Below, piece after piece: positions 1 through 9,116 of a DNA stretch of 64,000 nt. This stretch comes from Spirochaetota bacterium (GTDB lineage Bacteria; Spirochaetota; UBA4802; UBA5550): contig CAXXHB010000003.1 of assembly GCA_963664815.2 (NCBI GenBank), positions 3,072,001 through 3,136,000 on the forward strand. The letters run 5' to 3'. Position 1 is the stretch's first letter; the number at the start of each line of letters is the position of its first letter. The notes beneath the pieces were generated by a model. It saw nothing but the letters and a program-made list of their open reading frames with translations, made no database searches and was not told the DNA's origin. The position numbers and the translations under genes were made by a program.

Positions 1-713
1 ACTATATCCCATGAGTAGTCGATGAGCCATATATAATTTCTGTGGCCATAGTACCTGTCAGTATAATGATATGTGAGAGGAACTATCGGGAACCACCACA
101 TATGCTCTTTCTCTTCAGTGAATGAAATCATTTCTCTCCAGCTTACGAACAGGGGATTTATCCAGACAAACTCCCCATGCCCCGATTTTGAGTCGGTCTC
201 ACCCCTGTGATAAAAAAGAGGAAATACAGTCTGGTATGAACTGTTCACTGTTTTATACTGATTCTTTCCCCACCATATAAACGGCCACAGCAGCGATCTG
301 TCAGCTTCATCAGCATCTATAGATGAATAATATAAAGGGAATATAAATGCGCTGGTCTGCGAAGCGCCGTCAGTTTCATAATAGGACAGGAAGAGGGGCC
401 ATACCGTCTCAGACCTGTTGTCGATTTTACTGTCGCGGTTATAGTAAAATGGAATAAAACGCGTTGATCTGTATCTGGGGTAATCAGTATGCTTGAAAAG
501 CCAGAGTACCATAATGGATGAATGATTATCCCACAGCTCCTTCTCCATGAAAAATGTCTTTACAGGAAATTTCTCCTCTTTTTCACTCCCGTAGATTTCA
601 TGTTCACCCTCGTCAAGATCATCCCATGAACGGCAGATCCCCGCGTTAAAGCTTATTAACATTGATACAAAAACTGCTGCAAAGATTATATTCTTTTTCA
701 TATTACCCGTCAT
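1..713 (-). CDS. Partial (runs off window start) secreted/outer-surface protein with repeated aromatic-Pro motifs
   Basis: Not in the ORF track. Manual minus-strand translation from ATG 713 (or ATG 701) is open to base 1: MTGNMKKNIIFAAVFVSMLISFNAGICRSWDD... It has a signal-peptide-like N-terminus and repeated FIPFYY, VWPLFL, IFPLYY, LWPFIW, VFPLFY, INPLFV, WFPIVPL. Confidence 0.8.
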   Translation of the reverse strand, partial: MTGNMKKNIIFAAVFVSMLISFNAGICRSWDDLDEGEHEIYGSEKEEKFPVKTFFMEKELWDNHSSIMVLWLFKHTDYPRYRSTRFIPFYYNRDSKIDNRSETVWPLFLSYYETDGASQTSAFIFPLYYSSIDADEADRSLLWPFIWWGKNQYKTVNSSYQTVFPLFYHRGETDSKSGHGEFVWINPLFVSWREMISFTEEKEHMWWFPIVPLTYHYTDRYYGHRNYIWLIDYSWDI

Positions 714-825
714 ATGCATAAATATTATGAATTGCGACTATATGCGCTGTTCAGGAGTAATATCAAGGAAAAAATCTGCAGCAGAAACTTTTTGTTTAAG
801 ATTTATATAATGATTTTTTATCGAT

Positions 826-1338
826 CGGAGTCGAAACATGCATGTTTACTACCCGCACGCTTGCTGAGCGGAGTCGAAGCATGCATGTCCACTACTCACT
901 CTCGCAGAGTCCATAAACAGCTCATTTCGACTTACTTCGGCTACGCTCAGCACAAGCCGCTCGGAATTAATCGTGTTCAGAAACAGCTCATTTCGACTCC
1001 GCTCAATGAGCGTCCTGAGCATTAATTTAAAAAAAGTCCACTACCCACACGCTTGCTGAGCGGAGTCGAAGCATGCGAATTCACTACCACACGCTTGCTG
1101 TGGTTCGACATGCTCACCAGCTGTGGAGTCGAAGCATGCATGTCCACTACTCACTCTCGCAGAGTCCATAAACAGCTCATTTCGACTCCGCTCAATGAGC
1201 GTCCTGAGCATGAACTCAACAAATCCACTACCCACACGCCTGCTGAGCGGAGTCGAAGCATGCGAATTCACTACCACACGCTTGCTGTGGTTCGACAGGC
1301 TCACCACAGCCGTGAGTCGAAGCATGCATGTCCGCTAC
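826..1338. repeat. Intergenic array of REP-like palindromic units (core CTGAGCGGAGTCGAAG / TTCGACTCCGCTCA) with nested insertions and a ~188-bp higher-order duplication
   Basis: Forward cores at 826-835 (partial), 864-879, 1056-1071, 1243-1258 and interrupted copies at ~1096-1135 and ~1283-1325. Reverse cores at 926-962 (interrupted), 992-1005 and 1181-1194. AAACAGCTCATTTCGACTCCGCTCAATGAGCGTCCTGAGCAT recurs at 981 and 1170. Confidence 0.9.
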
Positions 1339-3308
1339 TCATACCTTAATGCCTCAATGGGATTCAGTTTTGATGCCTGTGTTGCAGGCCATATTCCGAA
1401 ACCTATTCCTATAAGTATTGAAAAGAATGACGCCCCGAACACTGCCAGCAGAGAAATTTTAACAGCCCACCCGGCGATGAGTGAAAACAGAAGCGATATT
1501 GAAACTCCAAGGGTTATTCCGGCAATTCCGCCGCAGAAAGTCATCATCACGGCCTCAACAAGAAACTGAACCAGTATATCCCTTCTGCGCGCCCCTATGG
1601 CCTTGCGGAGACCTATCTCCTTTGTCCGTTCCTTGACAGAAACAAGCATTATATTCATAACTCCCACGCCGCCGACTACAAGGGATATAGCCGCCACAGT
1701 ACCGAGAAGGAGGCTCATTGTGCTGGCGGTGCTCATCATGGCCTTTCTCATCTCGGAAAAATCCATGATTTCGAAGATGCTCTCCTGCCCGGGCAGCACC
1801 TTGTGGTTTTTCTTTATTACTCCGTTAAGAGTCTCCTTTACCGCATCAGTTATTTCAGGAGATTTAACCTCAACATTTATCTCATCAATATATGTTTTCC
1901 CGAGCAGCCTGAACATTGCCGTTTTCAGAGGGATTATTATAATATCATCCTGGTCCCTCATCATTGCGGCGCCCTTTGAAGGGAGGACTCCTATTACTAA
2001 AAAGCTGACCTTGTTTATTTTCATTCTCTTCCCGACCGGATTTTCCCCGTTGAATATATTTTTTATCACCGTTGTTCCCACAACCGCCACTCTGCTGCGC
2101 GATGTGTTTTCACTTTCAGTAAAGAATCTCCCGATTTCAGGTACAGATGCCTTCATCACGGCATATTCAACTGCCGTACCCATAATCTGCGTGTTGCAGT
2201 TTTTCGCACCGTATACCGCCTGAGCCCTGCTGCTTACCCCGGGGGATACATTTTTTACGCCGTCCACCTTTATGAAGGATTCAGCATCCTGAATACTTAA
2301 ACGGCTCCCCTCACCCTGCTGGAGTGAAACTCCGCCGGATCGTCTGAATCCGGGCCTTACCGTCAGGATGTTTGTCCCGAGTTTGTTGAGATTCGCTTCT
2401 ATTGATGCCTTTGCCCCCTCGCCGATGGCTAACATGGAAATAACAGCCGCAACACCGATAAGAATCCCGAGCATTGAAAGCAGTGCCCTCATCTTGTGCG
2501 ATACAAGAGATACAACCGCCTGCCTGATATAGTCGGCAAACTCAGCGCGTCCGAAAGATACCGCCGTCTTTCGCAGAGCTCCGTCAATTTTGTCAGAATC
2601 TGTTTTACTTAAGGGCTGGGCGTGGTGCTTCGATTTTCTTTCGTCTGAAATTACACGGCCGTCCTTCATCCTTATTATACGCGCGGCATGGGCGGCAACC
2701 TCATTCTCATGTGTAACCATTATAACCGTTTTACCCTGGGAGTTCAGCTTCTCGAGAATTGCTATGATTTCGCTCTCGCTTTTTGTATCAAGATTTCCCG
2801 TGGGTTCATCGGCGAAAATTATTACAGGTTCATTAATCATCGATCTTGCTATGGCAACCCTCTGCTGTTCGCCGCCGGAAAGCTCATTAGGATAGTGATC
2901 TGTTCTGTGTCCAAGCCCTACCCACCCGAGTTTTTCTTCTGCGATCTTTTCCATATCTCTCTTGCCGGCGTACAGGGTGGGGAGCAGGACATTATCCGCC
3001 GCTGATAACCTCGGCAGAAGCTGAAACTGCTGAAAGATGAATCCTGCAATATGGTTTCTCAATATGGAAAGTTCATCCTCTTCAAGTCCTGTTACATCGC
3101 GTCCCATTATAGAATATGTCCCTGATGTAGGGAGGTCAAGAAAACCGAGAATGTTCATCATTGTCGATTTTCCTGAACCTGATGCCCCCATTATTGCCAC
3201 AAATTCACCGGCATCAATTGCAACTGAAACATCATCGACAGCGGTAACCTCTGTATTCCCCATTATATATTTTTTTGTAATATTTTTCAGTTCAATCAGA
3301 TGGCTCAT
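1335..3308 (-). CDS. macB: MacB-family ABC transporter, fused ATPase-permease
   Basis: Walker A GASGSGKST, signature LSGGEQQR, Walker B IIFADEPTGNLD, then a MacB periplasmic core and FtsX-type C-terminus (GVMNIMLVSVKERTKEIGLRKAIGA ... LNPIEALRYE). Confidence 0.93.
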   Translation of the reverse strand: MSHLIELKNITKKYIMGNTEVTAVDDVSVAIDAGEFVAIMGASGSGKSTMMNILGFLDLPTSGTYSIMGRDVTGLEEDELSILRNHIAGFIFQQFQLLPRLSAADNVLLPTLYAGKRDMEKIAEEKLGWVGLGHRTDHYPNELSGGEQQRVAIARSMINEPVIIFADEPTGNLDTKSESEIIAILEKLNSQGKTVIMVTHENEVAAHAARIIRMKDGRVISDERKSKHHAQPLSKTDSDKIDGALRKTAVSFGRAEFADYIRQAVVSLVSHKMRALLSMLGILIGVAAVISMLAIGEGAKASIEANLNKLGTNILTVRPGFRRSGGVSLQQGEGSRLSIQDAESFIKVDGVKNVSPGVSSRAQAVYGAKNCNTQIMGTAVEYAVMKASVPEIGRFFTESENTSRSRVAVVGTTVIKNIFNGENPVGKRMKINKVSFLVIGVLPSKGAAMMRDQDDIIIIPLKTAMFRLLGKTYIDEINVEVKSPEITDAVKETLNGVIKKNHKVLPGQESIFEIMDFSEMRKAMMSTASTMSLLLGTVAAISLVVGGVGVMNIMLVSVKERTKEIGLRKAIGARRRDILVQFLVEAVMMTFCGGIAGITLGVSISLLFSLIAGWAVKISLLAVFGASFFSILIGIGFGIWPATQASKLNPIEALRYE

Positions 3309-4273
3309 CTCTTTTTCGCTCCCGGAGGTTCAGGCATAAAAGGATTTTTGGAGGATGATGATTCAGCGCCTGTTATTTTTTTACTTGAGATGATAATTGT
3401 ATCATCCCCCGTAATACCCTCTTTGACCTCCATATTCTGATCGTCTGAAAGTCCCGGTGTAAATACCCGCTTTTCAGGCGGTTTTCCCTGACCTCTCTTT
3501 ATCATTACATAATTACTGCCGCCATTCTGCGCCACAGCCTCACGGGGGACAAGCAGGATGTTCTTTTTCTCCTTCTCTATTATATCTATACTTGCGCTCA
3601 TCCCTGACCTGAATTCACGAGGCACAATGTCGGGAGTAATTACAACATAGTAGACAGTGACGTTACTGACAGTTGTAGACTCGTAGTATATATGGGTAAC
3701 CTCCCCCTTTACCAGAATCTCCGGATGAGAGTCGAGAGTGATCATCGCCTTCTGCCCCTCTGCGACCCTACCTATATCGGTCTCATCAACCTGCGCCTTG
3801 ACGATAAGCCTGTCCGAAATTACGATGATATCCTCAGTTGTTGTTACCGTCTGCCCCGGTTCAACTGATTTTACAATTACTGTTCCGCTTATTGGAGATA
3901 CGATAGGTATTGGTTTATAGGCGTCCTGCCAGTATTTCAAAGCCTCCTTGCCCTGAAGTCTGGCGGCATCTATAAGTGCAGCGCGGTCCGTTGAGCTCAT
4001 CAGTACAAGGACATCTCCGGTTTTTACCTCGTCCCCCTCTTTTACAAGTATTTTTTCTATCCTCCCTGCAACAGAGGATTTAAGCTCAAGCCTGTTTTTA
4101 GGGAGGACTGTTCCGGTTGTTGAAACAGTAATTCTTATGTCTCCGATTACCGGTTTTATTTCACGCACATTAAGATCGGTTTTTTTTGATGAGGTAATCT
4201 TATTAATTATAAATGCTGATAGAATAATTACGATGAGAATTATTATGACCGCCGGTTTACCTTTCACTTTCAT
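3305..4273 (-). CDS. macA: MacA-like periplasmic adaptor (membrane fusion protein)
   Basis: N-terminal TM anchor, lipoyl-like GRIEKILVKEGDEVKTG and SPISGTV, and VDETDIGRV motif. Overlaps macB by 4 nt. Confidence 0.88.
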   Translation of the reverse strand: MKVKGKPAVIIILIVIILSAFIINKITSSKKTDLNVREIKPVIGDIRITVSTTGTVLPKNRLELKSSVAGRIEKILVKEGDEVKTGDVLVLMSSTDRAALIDAARLQGKEALKYWQDAYKPIPIVSPISGTVIVKSVEPGQTVTTTEDIIVISDRLIVKAQVDETDIGRVAEGQKAMITLDSHPEILVKGEVTHIYYESTTVSNVTVYYVVITPDIVPREFRSGMSASIDIIEKEKKNILLVPREAVAQNGGSNYVMIKRGQGKPPEKRVFTPGLSDDQNMEVKEGITGDDTIIISSKKITGAESSSSKNPFMPEPPGAKKR

Positions 4274-5552
4274 TTTCCAGAGTTCCTCCCTTTGATTTAA
4301 TCCATCCCGCCTCAGACACTAACGCCGCAGCACATGCCTCCTGATATGACTTCTTCGTGCTGGCGAGGCTGCTTTCAATGATAGTCCAGTTGTCAAATGA
4401 CAGTGTGCCAATAGAGTACTGGGTTTCCCCTATTTTAGACCTTTCAACCGCCGCATCAAGTGCAGATTTCTGAACATCAACATTATCAATACTGTCCAGG
4501 AGTGTATTCCATGACTCTTCAAGACTCTTCATCACGGTATTTTTCACCCCCTTTTCATCCGAGAGCGCCTGTCTGTATGCGGCCTTTGATTTTGAGTATC
4601 CATACCATGTTTCACCCCCCTGGAACAGCGGCGCCGTTATTTCAAACCCCACAGACCAGTTACCGTACATGTTGTCTGGAGTCTCCCCGCTTTTTCCTGC
4701 ACTTGCGGTTCCGTATAATTCAGGTGAGAACGCCAGCTCGGATGACTTAAGGCTGTACATTGCTGATTCGGTAGCCGCCTTCGATTTAAGATATGAAGCA
4801 TTTCCTGACGCAAGGCTGCTGAAATCAGGTTTTTCCTTATAATCTTTTGCCGGCAGAAGTTTTCCGTCAATATCAATCTGTAAGTTTTCATCAATCCCCA
4901 TAAGTCTGCAGAGGGTTGCCTTTGTAAGCAATACATCTCTCTGCGAGCTCTTTACATCAGCCTGAGACTGAACATAATCCGCCCTGGCGGCGTAGTATGA
5001 ACCGCGATGTTCGGTACCCCCTTCATACTTCATCTTCACCAGATCAAGTATATGTTTTCGCCGTTTTTCTATCTCCAGCCTTATTTTCAGCATCTCGCGT
5101 GATTTGAGATGTGATACAAAGGCGCTTTTAAGATCATACCGTACAGCTGCAGACGTGGCTGAATAATCTTTCATGGCAGCATCAATATTCTTATTCGCGC
5201 TTTTTAAATCATAAACAGACTTAAAGCCGTCAAAAAGCAGCTGCTTTGCCGTAATATCGTAGGAATAGTTATTAACCTTTACAGATCCTGACGCTGTGGA
5301 ACTTGAAGTTTTATTACCGGAAGCTGTTGCGCTTATCTGCGGCAGCAGAACTGACCTCGTCACTCCCTTTGCAGCTTCCTTCTGAAGAATCGCCTCCCGC
5401 GAAGAGACAATATCCGGATTATTCAGAAGTGCTGTCTTTACACAATCTTCCCAGGAGTAAACTTTATCTTCAGAGTACAGCTGATTATACACTGCGGCTG
5501 TTAAAAACAGGATCAGCATTATTTTAAAAACATTTAATGCTTTAATTCTCAT
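4257..5552 (-). CDS. TolC-family outer membrane efflux protein
   Basis: Signal peptide, ALLNNPDI motif, two OEP repeats (LLPQIS..., FSPELY...WSVGFEITAPLFQGG). First gene of the tolC-macA-macB operon. Confidence 0.88.
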   Translation of the reverse strand: MRIKALNVFKIMLILFLTAAVYNQLYSEDKVYSWEDCVKTALLNNPDIVSSREAILQKEAAKGVTRSVLLPQISATASGNKTSSSTASGSVKVNNYSYDITAKQLLFDGFKSVYDLKSANKNIDAAMKDYSATSAAVRYDLKSAFVSHLKSREMLKIRLEIEKRRKHILDLVKMKYEGGTEHRGSYYAARADYVQSQADVKSSQRDVLLTKATLCRLMGIDENLQIDIDGKLLPAKDYKEKPDFSSLASGNASYLKSKAATESAMYSLKSSELAFSPELYGTASAGKSGETPDNMYGNWSVGFEITAPLFQGGETWYGYSKSKAAYRQALSDEKGVKNTVMKSLEESWNTLLDSIDNVDVQKSALDAAVERSKIGETQYSIGTLSFDNWTIIESSLASTKKSYQEACAAALVSEAGWIKSKGGTLENESER

Positions 5553-5620
5553 ACCAACCTCTTTTTTTCTTGAACTATTGAGTAACCTAATATATAGTTA
5601 TTAATTATGTATGACCCGAA

Positions 5621-5660
5621 TGTAAAAAACAGCGGGCGATTGTAAAAAAAGTGTAAAAAA
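5621..5660. promoter_or_regulatory. Candidate OmpR/CpxR-type direct-repeat binding site in the divergent promoter
   Basis: TGTAAAA at 5621, 5641 and 5652 (spacings 20 and 11 bp). GTAAA-N6-GTAAA resembles the CpxR box. Lies between the tolC-macAB operon and the OmpR-family regulator. Confidence 0.45.
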
Positions 5661-5679
5661 TCATATACCGGAGCCCTCT

Positions 5680-6369
5680 TTGTTAACAAAAATTCTGATA
5701 ATAGATGACGATGCCAGACTCCGGAAACTGATCGCGGAATACCTTAAGGAATACGGGTTTGAAATCTTTCACCATGATGACGGCAATGGCGTAATTCATA
5801 AAATCGACGAGGTCAGACCTGAACTGATACTTCTTGATATAATGCTTCCGGTTAAAGACGGAATAGAGATACTCCGCGAAATACGCAACATTTCACAGGT
5901 TCCTGTAATCATGCTTACTGCCAAGGGTGATGATACCGACCGCATAGTGGGACTTGAACTGGGGGCCGATGACTACATCTCAAAACCCTTCAACCCGAGA
6001 GAACTTCTTGCGCGGATAAAAGCCGTTCTCAGAAGGTATGCGCCCGAAAGTGACACACATCCCCCTCATCAGAAATTAACAGCCGGTGAACTGACCCTTG
6101 ATCCCGCTTCAATGAAACTTGAATACAGGAAAAAAAGCGCGGAACTCTCTAAAACAGAGTTCCGCATACTTGACGCACTGATGGGTAATCCAAATACCGT
6201 ACTTTCCCGCGACACCATACTTAACATCGCCCGCGGAAGGGACTTTATCGCCTTTGACAGAAGTATCGATGTGCATATCAGCAAGCTCAGAAGCAAAATA
6301 GAAAACCTTTCCGGCGATAAAAATAAAATAAAAACAGTATGGGGAACAGGGTATATGTTTGTATTATGA
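5680..6369 (+). CDS. OmpR/PhoB-family response regulator (CpxR-like)
   Basis: REC domain (IIDDD, LLDIMLP, GADDYISKPF) plus winged helix (DRSIDVHISKLRSK, TVWGTGY). TTG start. Confidence 0.93.
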   Translation: MLTKILIIDDDARLRKLIAEYLKEYGFEIFHHDDGNGVIHKIDEVRPELILLDIMLPVKDGIEILREIRNISQVPVIMLTAKGDDTDRIVGLELGADDYISKPFNPRELLARIKAVLRRYAPESDTHPPHQKLTAGELTLDPASMKLEYRKKSAELSKTEFRILDALMGNPNTVLSRDTILNIARGRDFIAFDRSIDVHISKLRSKIENLSGDKNKIKTVWGTGYMFVL

Positions 6370-7721
6370 AAATAAGCAATCTCTACATCAAGTACTTCAT
6401 TATAGTCATGACAATTATCATCGCCGCTCAGATCAGTATCGGCTTTCTTTTCCGTGTAGTAGGGGGGTTTAACGAAAAAAAGCATATCAACCCGGAGCTT
6501 TCATCCATTGCATTTCTTCTCAGTGATTACTGTAGTAAAAACACTCTTAACCGGGACAACAGAAATCTTCCGGCATTTCTGCAGAAACTCTCAAATTCCT
6601 GGACCTCAGATATCTGGCTGGAGGACAGTAAAGGGAATACTATAGCTGCAAGCACTGATTCTGAACGCCCCGACTTCCCTGTAAATATGGTCGAGATCGA
6701 GGAATACGGTATCTCAAAAGAGGCCAACAGCCATCCATCAGAACACCTTATAATAAAACCTGCCGGATCGGAATATATCTTTTACATAATCAGAAAAGGG
6801 AGGCCACCTTTTGCAAATGACATCTATTTCATAATAGGACTGGGAATAATAACCGTCATTGTTGCCCTTCTGCTTTTCCCCCTTTCCAAGAAGATAACCG
6901 TACCTTTAAAAAAGCTTACCGAATCTGCCAATGCAATTTCCCGCGGGGAGTTTGACATCCGGGTTGAAGAAACCTCTCATGACGAGGTAGGAGAACTTGC
7001 CAGGGCATTCAATGTCATGTCGGGACGGGTTCTTCAGATGATAAACGGGACAAAGGAGCTTACGGCAAATATCTCTCACCATATAAGGTCCCCCCTTTCA
7101 CGGATATCAGTCTCCGTAGAGATGATGCGCAACAGAATTAATTCGGGGAAAAAGACGGAAGCCGTAAATCTCCTTTCATCAGTTGAACAGGAGATTGATG
7201 AAATTGTTCAGCTCACTGAAAATATAATTGAACTGATACGGGTTGACATCGCGCATAAAAGCGACGAGTACAGTAAAATAAGCCTTACTGATATAGCGGC
7301 AGAAACTGCAGATAAGTTCGGGGAACTCATGCGTCAGAAATCTATAATCCACACACCTGATTTTTCCCGAATACCGATTATTATGTATGGAGTGCGCAGA
7401 GATATACGCGAACTTTTCGATATTCTCTATGACAACTCCGTACGCTACTCTCCGGTTAAAAGTACTGTAAACCTCAGCATCTCTGATGAAAACAGTCAGA
7501 TAACCATTATTCTGACTAACAGCTCAAAGCATCTTACAGAGAGTATGCTTAAATCCATCTTTGAACCATTTAAGCGTTTCGCACCGGAAAAGATATCCGG
7601 CAACGGCCTGGGCCTTGCAATTGCCAGAAGGATTGTTCAGAATCATGAAGGTATTATCGGAGCAGAAAGCAGTGAAGACCTTTTCTCCATAAAAATTGTA
7701 TTCAGGAAAAACACATTATAG
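6366..7721 (+). CDS. Membrane sensor histidine kinase (2 TM, HAMP, HisKA, HATPase) with atypical H- and G1-boxes
   Basis: Start taken at ATG 6366 (ATGA overlap with the regulator stop). HAMP (PLKKLTESANAISRG...DEVGELARAFNVM), H-box SHHIRSPL, N-box DNSVRYS, G2 GNGLGLAI. Confidence 0.88.
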   Translation: MKISNLYIKYFIIVMTIIIAAQISIGFLFRVVGGFNEKKHINPELSSIAFLLSDYCSKNTLNRDNRNLPAFLQKLSNSWTSDIWLEDSKGNTIAASTDSERPDFPVNMVEIEEYGISKEANSHPSEHLIIKPAGSEYIFYIIRKGRPPFANDIYFIIGLGIITVIVALLLFPLSKKITVPLKKLTESANAISRGEFDIRVEETSHDEVGELARAFNVMSGRVLQMINGTKELTANISHHIRSPLSRISVSVEMMRNRINSGKKTEAVNLLSSVEQEIDEIVQLTENIIELIRVDIAHKSDEYSKISLTDIAAETADKFGELMRQKSIIHTPDFSRIPIIMYGVRRDIRELFDILYDNSVRYSPVKSTVNLSISDENSQITIILTNSSKHLTESMLKSIFEPFKRFAPEKISGNGLGLAIARRIVQNHEGIIGAESSEDLFSIKIVFRKNTL

Positions 7722-7917
7722 CATTTTACGGTTGATAAGACCTTGTCATTTCGAACGTATGTGAGTGCTTCGACTCCGCTCAGCAAACATGAATAAAGGT
7801 CAGTGAGCCTGCCGAACTGCTCAGTCGCTATCACTTCTTCGAAATACGATGTGTTGAGCTTGTCATCATAAAAACGAAATGACAGACTATGTACTATTTC
7901 AATCGTGAAATGCTATA
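7717..7917. mobile_element. 201-bp MITE-like element with 19-bp terminal inverted repeats and nested REP units
   Basis: Left end TATAGCATTTTACGGTTGA (7717-7735) matches the reverse complement of the right end TATAGCATTTCACGATTGA (7899-7917) at 17/19. Internal TGTCATTTCG...CGAAATGACA arms and a TTCGACTCCGCTCAG core (~7769-7783). Its TAG is the kinase stop codon. Confidence 0.6.
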
Positions 7918-7975
7918 GTCAGCAATAAAAGCAGACAGTCTCGCATTGTAACTATCTGCCGGCTATCTGCTGATT

Positions 7976-8623
7976 TTACTCCAGAGTAAATGTAACAGGC
8001 AGATAGTGCGCCATCTTTACCCGCTTGCCGCTTTTATAGCCTGGTGAAAAACGCATTCTCTTTACAGCCTTGACCGCCTGTTCATTAAAACCGTACGGCG
8101 CTTTTCCCGATGCTATGTTGGCTGACATCAGCGCGCCGCTTTCATCTATCTGAACAAGCACCGTAACCTGGTATTCCTTTATATTTGCCGTTCTCGCCTC
8201 CTGCGGGAAATACTGCCTCAGGTCAAAATCAATAATCGGTTTAGGGGGCATGTCTCCATTGAATGAAAAGAGGTATCCGTTTTTGTCGGTACCGTCACCA
8301 GATATCTGGTTGGTATTAATTTCCTTCTCTTCCGGATCGGCGCCTGTTTTATTTTTCCCCTCAACCCAGTCCTGCCTCTCAACCGGAGCGGGATTTGAAT
8401 CGCCCCCTATCAGTTCAGGAGGTATATCTATCTCGAACTCCTGGCGTTCAAGGTCCATTCCGTTTTCAAGGGCCATTGATCTGGATGGAAGTCCCTGCGA
8501 AACAAAATAGCTCCCCGCAGCTGTCATATGTACGACAAAGGATATTATCAGGCTTGCCCTGAACAGGTGTTTTATCAGTATTTTGTGATTCCTGACATGG
8601 ATTATGATTGATTCATCAAGCAC
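7976..8623 (-). CDS. tonB: Energy transducer TonB
   Basis: N-terminal TM with SxxxH (SFVVH) and a TonB C-terminal domain (YFPQEARTANI...GFNEQAVKAVKRMRFSPG). Downstream of exbBD. Confidence 0.85.
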   Translation of the reverse strand: MLDESIIIHVRNHKILIKHLFRASLIISFVVHMTAAGSYFVSQGLPSRSMALENGMDLERQEFEIDIPPELIGGDSNPAPVERQDWVEGKNKTGADPEEKEINTNQISGDGTDKNGYLFSFNGDMPPKPIIDFDLRQYFPQEARTANIKEYQVTVLVQIDESGALMSANIASGKAPYGFNEQAVKAVKRMRFSPGYKSGKRVKMAHYLPVTFTLE

Positions 8624-8632
8624 AACATCCCC

Positions 8633-9037
8633 CTATTTTTTTACCGAAAGGGCTATTCTGGTAACGCCGCATCTGCGAAGTATACCCATCAGTTTTGAAA
8701 CACTCCCGTAAGTCAGGTTTTCATCAGCTGAAAGCGTAACCCTCATATTGGGGCGGTATTTGGCCTCGCGCGTCATATCATTTACCAGAGCCTGCTCCGT
8801 TACAAGATTCCCCTCAAGATAAAACTTCCCCTCCCTCGTTACGGCAATCTGCTTCGATTCCTTTATATTCGGATCTGCAGCCGCAACCCGCGGAAGATTA
8901 ATGTTTATCGATTCCTTTTTTAAGAAGTTTGCTGTTACCATAAATATAACAAGCAGAACAAGTATTATATCAACCATAGGAGTTATGTTTATATCGCTTA
9001 TTACTCCATCTTCACCTTTATCTGTTCCCATTCCCAT
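8633..9037 (-). CDS. exbD: ExbD/TolR biopolymer transport protein
   Basis: INITPMVDIILVLLVIFMVT motif, INLP, and ADENLTYGSV. Confidence 0.92.
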   Translation of the reverse strand: MGMGTDKGEDGVISDINITPMVDIILVLLVIFMVTANFLKKESININLPRVAAADPNIKESKQIAVTREGKFYLEGNLVTEQALVNDMTREAKYRPNMRVTLSADENLTYGSVSKLMGILRRCGVTRIALSVKK

Positions 9038-9116
9038 ACTATTCCTCCGCCGTTTTACTAAGGATTTTAAACATTCAAAATTATATCATATACATTTTTT
9101 CTTTGTTTAATTAAGA

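Noticed and set aside
826-1338. Possible CRISPR array
   Set aside because: Units occur in both orientations, the intervening sequences are themselves repeated rather than unique spacers, the period is irregular, and no cas genes are in the window.
714-1569. ORFs 714..1025, 1041..1325, 1053..1349 and 1123..1569
   Set aside because: They are translations of the palindromic repeat array (recurring LLSGVEAC) or antisense to macB, with no RBS or domain signal.
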